The notes beneath the pieces are model-generated. The model worked only from the letters and a program-made list of their open reading frames with translations, did not search any database and had not been told where the DNA came from. Below, in pieces: positions 45,473-52,752 of a stretch of DNA of 52,752 bases. The translations under genes and the position numbers were made by a program. The stretch lies in the IMG/VR virus record IMGVR_UViG_3300029985_000054, positions 1 to 52,752 of that record. One strand, written 5' to 3'. This DNA comes from a virus (taxonomy: Duplodnaviria > Caudoviricetes). Numbering within the stretch: position 1 is the stretch's first letter; each line of letters opens with the position of its first letter.

Positions 45473-46042
45473 ATGAAAAAACTACTATTAAGTACATTAA
45501 TTGGAACTGTTACACTGTGTCATGCTTTTGGAATTGAAACAGGTGTTGGGGTTGCAGGTTATGGAATTGGTGTTACTTTACCAATCCAACAATCTGATTT
45601 TAGTATTAAACTTAATGCTAATAAATTACAATTTGATTTATCAAATACTAACGCTGATATAAATTCTTTTGGACTATTGCTTGATTATAAATTGTGGAGA
45701 GGTTTATCAGTTAATGGAGGATTATATTATTTAAATGGCAACGCAAATGAGAATCAACCGTTGGTAGTGAATAATGCCCAACAAGTGCAGATATCTAATA
45801 CAGTAACTATGAATATTGATACATTCTCACCATACCTTGGGCTGAGTTATAAAGCTGATATTTATAAAGGTTGGTATCTTAATACTGACTTAGGAGTGAT
45901 GCAAGTAAAATCCCAAAAAACACAACATATAGTTACAGACATGATAAATGATGGACAATTAGCACAGTCTAATTATAACAATGTAACAAATATGAGTAGC
46001 GTTATACCAGTTGCTAAAATAAGCATAGGTTTTGACTTTTAA
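45473..46042 (+). CDS. Outer-membrane beta-barrel protein
   Basis: Signal peptide; amphipathic strands (SPYLGLSY); C-terminal ISIGFDF. Confidence 0.8.
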   Translation: MKKLLLSTLIGTVTLCHAFGIETGVGVAGYGIGVTLPIQQSDFSIKLNANKLQFDLSNTNADINSFGLLLDYKLWRGLSVNGGLYYLNGNANENQPLVVNNAQQVQISNTVTMNIDTFSPYLGLSYKADIYKGWYLNTDLGVMQVKSQKTQHIVTDMINDGQLAQSNYNNVTNMSSVIPVAKISIGFDF

Positions 46043-46139
46043 CATCTATCAAACACAATTTTAACAATTAACACTTTTATGTTGTTGAGTCAATAATACC
46101 AATGGTATAAGAGTGTTGATATTTTTAAGGAATTAACAA

Positions 46140-46595
46140 ATGAAGATTAACATACCATTTATAAATCAAGAAGGATTTATATTTTTATTGGCTCATGAAG
46201 GGTTGCGCTTATCTCCTTATCTCGATAGTAACAGAGTCCCTACAATTGGATTAGGTACTACATTCTTGCCAAATGGTGATAAGGTAACAATGAATACACC
46301 ACCAATTACCAAATTACAGGCTATACAATATGCTAATCATTACTTAAAACATCTCCAACAATGGATGCAAGATAATCTAAAGTGGCAACCTAATGCTAAT
46401 CAACTTATAGCGTTGTATTCATTCTTATATAACACAGGTGTAGGAAGTAGATTTGATAGGTACGTTAATACTAAGAAAGCAATAATCAATGGTGATATGC
46501 CAAATATTATAATTGGCATGAAGTCTATTAGAAATGATGGATTGTTAGATTTTCGTAGAAAATTAGAATGTGCAATGTTTGAAAGAAGTATGTAA
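46140..46595 (+). CDS. Endolysin, GH24 lysozyme
   Basis: HEGLRLSPYLDS..VPTIGLGT (E-D-T triad); ALYSFLYN.G; GL..RR..E. Confidence 0.92.
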   Translation: MKINIPFINQEGFIFLLAHEGLRLSPYLDSNRVPTIGLGTTFLPNGDKVTMNTPPITKLQAIQYANHYLKHLQQWMQDNLKWQPNANQLIALYSFLYNTGVGSRFDRYVNTKKAIINGDMPNIIIGMKSIRNDGLLDFRRKLECAMFERSM

Positions 46596-46597
46596 AT

Positions 46598-46891
46598 ATG
46601 AAAACATACAAATATTTGAAAAGAGACCTTACAAGAATAGATCTTAATAAAGAACTTAAAACAACTAATAATGACTATGTAGAATACCCTGATGAATTAT
46701 GGCGGCATATGAGTTATATGACGAGTACTAAGTTTGAACGTCCTGTATATTTAGGTCAGGATGATAACGGTAACATTATGTCTTATTGTAAAAAAACCAA
46801 TCTGGATGGTTCAGAGCAAGAAGTTATATTGGTGCAACCAGTAGTTTGTAATAATAATTTTTATGGTACGATATTTCACATAGAAAGATAA
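46598..46891 (+). CDS. Hypothetical protein
   Basis: Last ORF of the rightward operon. Confidence 0.5.
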   Translation: MKTYKYLKRDLTRIDLNKELKTTNNDYVEYPDELWRHMSYMTSTKFERPVYLGQDDNGNIMSYCKKTNLDGSEQEVILVQPVVCNNNFYGTIFHIER

Positions 46892-46899
46892 TCATAAAA

Positions 46900-46939
46900 A
46901 TCCTTAGTCAGATTTGAAACGTTAAACTTGACTAAGGAT
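46900..46939. terminator. Hairpin between convergent operons
   Basis: ATCCTTAGTCA/TGACTAAGGAT 11-bp inverted repeat. Confidence 0.65.
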
Positions 46940-46985
46940 AATTAACAGTAAAATAATTATAAAAGAAAGAAGTGCAATAATTACT

Positions 46986-48029
46986 TTATGCAACAACAAC
47001 CGCGGGAGTTTGTGCAGGAAGTAAACTAGCACGCAAATTAGCAAAGTTCAATTTGTCTTTAGTATCAGATAATTCTCTAGCTAAAGTGTCAATTTTCATA
47101 GAGCGGATTAATTCTCTAGTAGCATCACCCTCAGCCATAATTAGCTTTTCAGTTTTGCAACAACATGCAGCAGCATCAGCTAAAATCTTAGCAGTATTAG
47201 CATCAGCTTGACGTTGAGATTCTAAATGGATAACATCTCTATCATGTTGCGCATCTTTTGCATTCTCAACAGATTTGATTTGTATTTGGTAGAAATTGTT
47301 ATCGCCTTTACCTTCTAGTGCAGCTAATTTATCTTTAAGCGCAATGTTGCTAACTAATATTTCTTTTTCTACAGCACAAAATCCAGATGCCATTTTAGAT
47401 TGAGTATCATTGCCAATCATAGAAGCTTGTAATGTACCAGCAGCTCCGATTTTCTCAGCTTGTACACCAATTGCAGCAGCATTAAGATTTGCATTAATCA
47501 CGCCGTCTTTATAACCAAGAGTTTGGCTTAATAAAATATTACTAGTGTTTGTTGCATCACGTAATGCACTTTCATAAGAGCTACCAGTTACTTTATCAAC
47601 AATTTGTGATGTTTGATAAGCCCCAGATGTAGCAGCACGAGTAAACCCATCAGATGTTGCACCAATTACACTAGCAGTACCAGATGTAACTGTAGATACA
47701 GTATCAGCATAATGGTCTGCACCAGAATTAATAATGCGCATTGTATCGTCAGATGCTTGTACCAATATTTCTTTTTCAGCATTTTTAGTAGCTGCAAAAT
47801 TAGCTCGGTTCCCATTTAATGATTCACCTGCAAAATATCTAGCTTGGTCTGCGCCATCTTTACTGGTTGAATAAACGCTATCTTGAGTGCGAGCGCTAGT
47901 TCCATTAGTTGTGTTATAACCCTCAATAGCTAAACGCTCAACTTGACCTGTTGTTGCGCAATGTTCTTCATTATTATGATGACCGTGGTGTTTTAATGTA
48001 TTAACTGCATTGTCTGTGATTTGATTCAT
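46986..48029 (-). CDS. Long coiled-coil protein with a CCC motif
   Basis: A/S/T-rich helical repeats; AACCCKTEKLIMAEGDATRELI; has its own extended -10 promoter near 48157-48165. Confidence 0.65.
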   Translation of the reverse strand: MNQITDNAVNTLKHHGHHNNEEHCATTGQVERLAIEGYNTTNGTSARTQDSVYSTSKDGADQARYFAGESLNGNRANFAATKNAEKEILVQASDDTMRIINSGADHYADTVSTVTSGTASVIGATSDGFTRAATSGAYQTSQIVDKVTGSSYESALRDATNTSNILLSQTLGYKDGVINANLNAAAIGVQAEKIGAAGTLQASMIGNDTQSKMASGFCAVEKEILVSNIALKDKLAALEGKGDNNFYQIQIKSVENAKDAQHDRDVIHLESQRQADANTAKILADAAACCCKTEKLIMAEGDATRELIRSMKIDTLARELSDTKDKLNFANLRASLLPAQTPAVVVA

Positions 48030-48541
48030 GATATATGTGTCTTTTTAATATATCCTTGTCTCGATAAGAATTGATATAATCTCTGGAATAGTGCGAACGT
48101 TTTCGAGACTTAAACTTTTCGGGAATGACCCTATCCGCACTAATTTAATATTAGTACATTATAACAGTTAGTAAAGTTAATAATATTTATATATTTTAAG
48201 TAGCTGATTATGCTGGAATGATTTATTTTTTATATGTTATTGAAGAGATGAGATAGGAGATAGTCGCACCAACTTGGGACTATCCATGCAAGTTGGCACT
48301 GTTGGGTCTACGTGACGGTCAGGATTATATCATAGTTAGTTAAGTAATTTCTGAATTAATTTATAATATTTTCCGTTACGGGTTTTTCCGCTTCCAGAAT
48401 TAAATATGGAGTATTTGCAGATATAATGACATGGCTGTCAGCCATGTGGTATAATTATATTTTAACACATATTATAAAGGCGAATTAATATTCCCCACAT
48501 GGAGAAAATGGTTAACTTAGGGTATAAAATCTACAAGTTAA

Positions 48542-48793
48542 TTATTTATTAATCCACTGCCACAATTTAGAGATTCCTTTTGTAATAACTGGTACTAATC
48601 CCACAGCCAGAGCTTCTACTAATCTTTCATTATTAAATATATTTGTCATTAGCTCTTTCATGGTAACTAATATAAAATAATTAACTAATTCAAAAATAGC
48701 TTTATGCCACACACTTACTAATATAAAACCAATTAATAAGCTTATTATCAAATGAGAATGTTTTATAATAAAATCAAGCAGTTTTTTTGGCAT
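48542..48793 (-). CDS. Holin-like membrane protein
   Basis: 83 aa with hydrophobic segments; end of the late operon. Confidence 0.45.
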   Translation of the reverse strand: MPKKLLDFIIKHSHLIISLLIGFILVSVWHKAIFELVNYFILVTMKELMTNIFNNERLVEALAVGLVPVITKGISKLWQWINK

Positions 48794-49043
48794 AAACTTT
48801 CTCCAAGTCTCTTATTCTTTCTCCATGGTCTTTTATAAAGTCTTTAATATGAGGTAATTCTGCATTGATAGTAGCTTTTATTTCTTTAACTTCAATTTTA
48901 GTTTCCACACCTGTATCTTTTACTTCTTTTAGTTCGGTGATAATTACGTTGAATTTGCCAATTATCTTACCAACACCAAACACAAGAACAACACCAAATA
49001 CAAAGATCTCCCACCAAGGCAAATCAGTAGACATATTAATCAC
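48774..49043 (-). CDS. Holin-like protein (single TM + coiled coil)
   Basis: N-terminal TM; DHGERIRDLE C-terminus. Confidence 0.5.
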   Translation of the reverse strand: MINMSTDLPWWEIFVFGVVLVFGVGKIIGKFNVIITELKEVKDTGVETKIEVKEIKATINAELPHIKDFIKDHGERIRDLEKVYAKKTA

Positions 49044-49539
49044 TTTCTAAAATACCTTTTAATTTCTTATGTACATATTGTAGATATTTATAGATAAATA
49101 TTCCAGTATAACCCACCATCATTAAGTCTACGATTATATAAAACGTTTGCTTAGCATAATTTGTCGGTAAATCTACAAAATCTTCCCATGTGTAATATAT
49201 ATTGCGATAAAATAGGAACATACCCAAAAAGAAAAAGAATAAGCCACCAATCATATATGCGCAAAAATGTTTTTTATCTAAATAATCATGAACGACTTTT
49301 ATTTTGAATAATGTAGGAACAATAAAAATTATAGAAGCAATCGCAGTAATCATATTTATAGGTTCATATGCCCACCAATACGTTGTGTGATTAGCAAACA
49401 TTGTCCACCTAATTGCAGAATACCATCCGAACATTGTTGCGCCGAGAATATTATATATAATTGAAATCATTGTGTACCTTTTAAAAATTATGGACTGCCA
49501 AGAATTACTTGACAGCTTCTTATTATGGTATATATCCAC
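49036..49539 (-). CDS. 4-TM membrane protein
   Basis: Four hydrophobic segments. Confidence 0.55.
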   Translation of the reverse strand: MDIYHNKKLSSNSWQSIIFKRYTMISIIYNILGATMFGWYSAIRWTMFANHTTYWWAYEPINMITAIASIIFIVPTLFKIKVVHDYLDKKHFCAYMIGGLFFFFLGMFLFYRNIYYTWEDFVDLPTNYAKQTFYIIVDLMMVGYTGIFIYKYLQYVHKKLKGILESD

Positions 49540-52500
49540 TATTAATTAGCACTTTTAATCCACTTAATTGCGCATTAGTAACAGCTACACCTGTAGTAGC
49601 ATTGAATATATTAAGGGTTGTGCCAGATAATCCCCCATAAACTTCCAGAGTGCCGTTCGTATCCATCGGTATTACAACTGTAGTTCCCCCTGTAGTACCG
49701 ACAGGAAATCCGCTAATCATAGCAGAGTTAGTATTGGCCGTAGTAGGATATAAGATATTTGCTTGTACTTGCACTGTAGAGCCAGTACTTACATACCTAT
49801 TATTGTCAAATGTTAGAGTTAAAGATGCTCCACTACCATCAGCAGGTGTCCAACTACCAGATGTTGGTATAGGTGCAGTTGCTATTGGTACAAAACTAGC
49901 CCCATTATAAATAACAGACAACGAACTACCTACTGCTATTGTTGACCATAACGACCCAGTTGATGTTAAAAATATTTGAGCAATCCCTGAAGATGTTGGG
50001 AGATTAACAATTTTAAGAGATTGTCCTGTATAAGGTTGACCTACTGTATTTTGTAAATTAATACGAGTTGTGTTGCCTACTAAGTTAAGCGCAAATTCTC
50101 CATTATCTCCTCCCCCAAAAGTAAATACCTGTGTCCCAGTCAGAGTAATAATAGGGGTAGTAGGTGTATTAACTTCCCACGCAGTATTAGCAGTATTTCT
50201 TACAAAAGTTATAGGCATTCCTGTATTCGGTAGTAAATTAGCTAATAAGAATGGAGCTCCTGTTGTGTTAGGGTCTTCAATTGTTATTGCAGCAGTACCT
50301 TGATTATAGATACTATACATCTGCCCTGGGTGTGGCGCAGTAGAGTTATCAGGTAGATATACAACTTGAGGTGCTGTTGCAGATAAATATATAACTGGTG
50401 AAGAAGCTAGTGGTAAAGCTAATGCTGTAGTTAAAGCTATAATTTCATAATTTTGTATAATATTAGCCGTTGTAACATTAATATGTATATTTAAGTCATT
50501 ATCAATTAAAATATCAGCTGACTGTCCGCCATATAATTTTGCTATTTGGCTATCGTCAAATGCATTTAGTATAGAGCAACTAGCTCCAGCATCGCAGTTT
50601 ATCGTAGTTTTAAAATTTGGGCAGATTTTAGTAGTATCAACATATAGTAAATTATTTAATAGCGGTACATTGATAGTACCTCCACTATCATTTAGCATTA
50701 ATAAATAATCACCAGTTAAAATATTTGGGTGATTATTTAATACAATTTGCTTAGTAGTAGCTCCCTCAGAACAAAATATATCAGGCAGTGGGTAACAGTT
50801 ATAAAATCTCACATTCATTTTATTGCCGTACAATTCCATGTTTATAGTAGAGTCTAGCCCAAAAATACAGCTATTAAATGTGTCGAATATATTTGTGGTT
50901 TGAGACGCAAATCCAGCCTGAAAATATCTAATATCAGAGATAACATTGACATTAGTATAATTACCCCCTGTTTGAAATCCTGAAGTTCCACCGCTTATAT
51001 CGTAAAGTATGCCATTCGTAATGCATCCATTAAAAATTAATGTGTTAATACTGTCCCTGAAACTATAAATACTAAGCCCTGAATTTATTAGTGCATTATT
51101 GATGCTTATCTCTTCACCTCCTCCATGTTCATCTGTAATCTGCAAACTTCCAAGTTGGGAGTTTAGACCCTGAAAATTTACCGTTAGTACACTTGCAGAG
51201 TCTAATGTTAAATCTGTATAGCCAGAAACGTTAGGTCCCACATTGATTGTATCCCCTAATGTTGCAGAATTAGCAGCAGCTTGGAGTGTGGCAAATGGCA
51301 GAAATTGGTTATACGGTTGCGCTGTTGTATCATTTCCAGATACTTGTACATATATTTCAGCATCAGTTGTGACATTAGTTGATATAATTTTTATATCAGT
51401 AGAGCCATCGCATTGATAATCAACATATTGCCCTTTTGTATTAAGAGTAATACCTCCAGTTGTGTTACCATTAATAGTGTTGCCACCTTGCGTAAGAGTA
51501 AAAATAGGACTCTCATTGCTATCTACTTTTATTATTCTTATAATCCCTGGGATAGCTCCAGATGATGGCGGCAAAGTAGCATTTATAGAAGTTGAAATAG
51601 TACTAGCTTCTACGCATACTCCCCAAGATGTAAGAGTGGTATTAGAAGTTATTGCCTGGATTGTTAAAGCTCCGAATATCGTATTGCTTGTAGCCTTTTG
51701 AGTTGGTACATTATTCCCAATCCATACTCCTGCGGTAGTACCTGCGGTTTGCAATATCTCAGTAACTTGCCAGTATGGTAATAAATTATTAATAGTTGTG
51801 CCTGTATTATTTTTAATAATAACAGGATTGCCACTGTTCTCAATAATTTGAAATTCTTTAAATTGAGATATTGCCGTTCCGCTGGGCAATGTTAATGTAG
51901 TTGCCCCAGAACCTCCAGATATTTGGATAATGACATCTGTGGTACTTATAGTAGTTGTAGTGCCAGCAGCTATAGTTCTAACTGTTGGCGTTATCACTTC
52001 CGCAATAATAGCATTTATTTGTCCCTGAACTTTACCAAATGCCACTCCCTCAGCATCATTGTTAGCAAGAGCTGTATTAGTTAAACTCAAAGCTCCTATA
52101 GTTGTCAATGAGCTGTCTATAGATGGCAATTGAGCAGTGCCATTTAATTGTACTAATTGATTAGCACCATTGAAATTATTACCCTGAATAGTTAAATTTA
52201 CTGCGTCAGTTGGGAATTTATATACTTCCCAATCATTCTGAAATTCTTCATATACCCCAATCCAGCCGTATGTTATGGGAGCACCCTCTTGGTCTGTTTC
52301 TGAATTCTGCACAATTATGTCACTATATACTGATAAATTAAATATGGAATAACTAACATCATTGTCCTGAGGCAACGAATCTACAGTAGGTAAAGTAATT
52401 GTTACATTATAATTGGTTGTATCACTCTGGAATATAGTAATAAATCCTGGGCTATTACTTGGTAAAGTAATATTCACTACTCCACCAACTTGTTCGACAG

Positions 52501-52631
52501 TTAAATCATATTCAATATGTGCTATACCAATTGTGTTTACTGTTACATTACCATTGGCATCATAACGCATTAATGCATTAGCTGTTGGGAAGTTAGTTGC
52601 AGCATTAAATTGACCTTGAGTTTTATCTGCT
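49523..52631 (-). CDS. Large tail fibre/tailspike, C-terminal part (starts at 599 across the junction)
   Basis: Multiple TLP beta modules; YVQVSGND...PFATLQAA beta-helix cap; open frame through to the terminal repeat. Confidence 0.85.
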
Positions 52632-52752
52632 AATGTAGTTATGGTGTCACCAGCTAAAATTGCTGTATTTGTAGGGACTAATGGAGTGCCAACAAATGGT
52701 TGTTCAGCTACTAAATTTCCACTTCCATCTACTGCATTGAAAAATGCATTCA

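Noticed and set aside
49523-52570. Diversity-generating retroelement acting on the fibre
   Set aside because: No reverse transcriptase, and no TR/VR pair differing at adenines was seen.
52632-52752. Biological terminal repeat of the virion DNA
   Set aside because: The 120-bp overlap falls mid-gene and looks like an assembler overlap; the last base mismatch is probably an end artefact.

Overview
The window appears to be a complete, circularly closed, AT-rich tailed-phage genome of 52,631 bp: positions 1-120 are repeated at 52632-52751, and a fibre ORF reads in frame across the join. The minus strand carries a contractile-tail (myovirus) virion module: TerS/TerL, portal, protease-scaffold, GpE-type capsid, sheath, tube, chaperone with a -1 frameshift site, tape measure, Mu-like baseplate genes and fibres. 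The genome also has a lambda-O-like initiator with internal iterons plus a DnaC-like loader, a Sak4-like ATPase/exonuclease/SSB recombination block, RusA, RtcB, an outer-membrane beta-barrel, and scattered lysis genes (lysozyme, spanins, holin candidates). The spanins and the beta-barrel imply a diderm host. I recognise no integrase, transposase, CI-type repressor, ParA/ParB or DNA polymerase. The most unusual content is non-coding. (i) Intergenic palindromes resemble operator-like sequences inside Bro-N, DinD and RhuM-family genes, none of which I can find here. (ii) A cluster of host chromosome sites (parS, a XerD arm of dif, twin IHF boxes) and a DnaA-box-like array are present. (iii) A promoter-driven, hairpin-rich RNA of about 650 nt contains a tRNA 3' end. 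(iv) There are two Tad2/DUF2829-like anti-defence sponge genes, one with TAG at its conserved Trp. All family assignments come from motif recognition by eye; no database searches were run.
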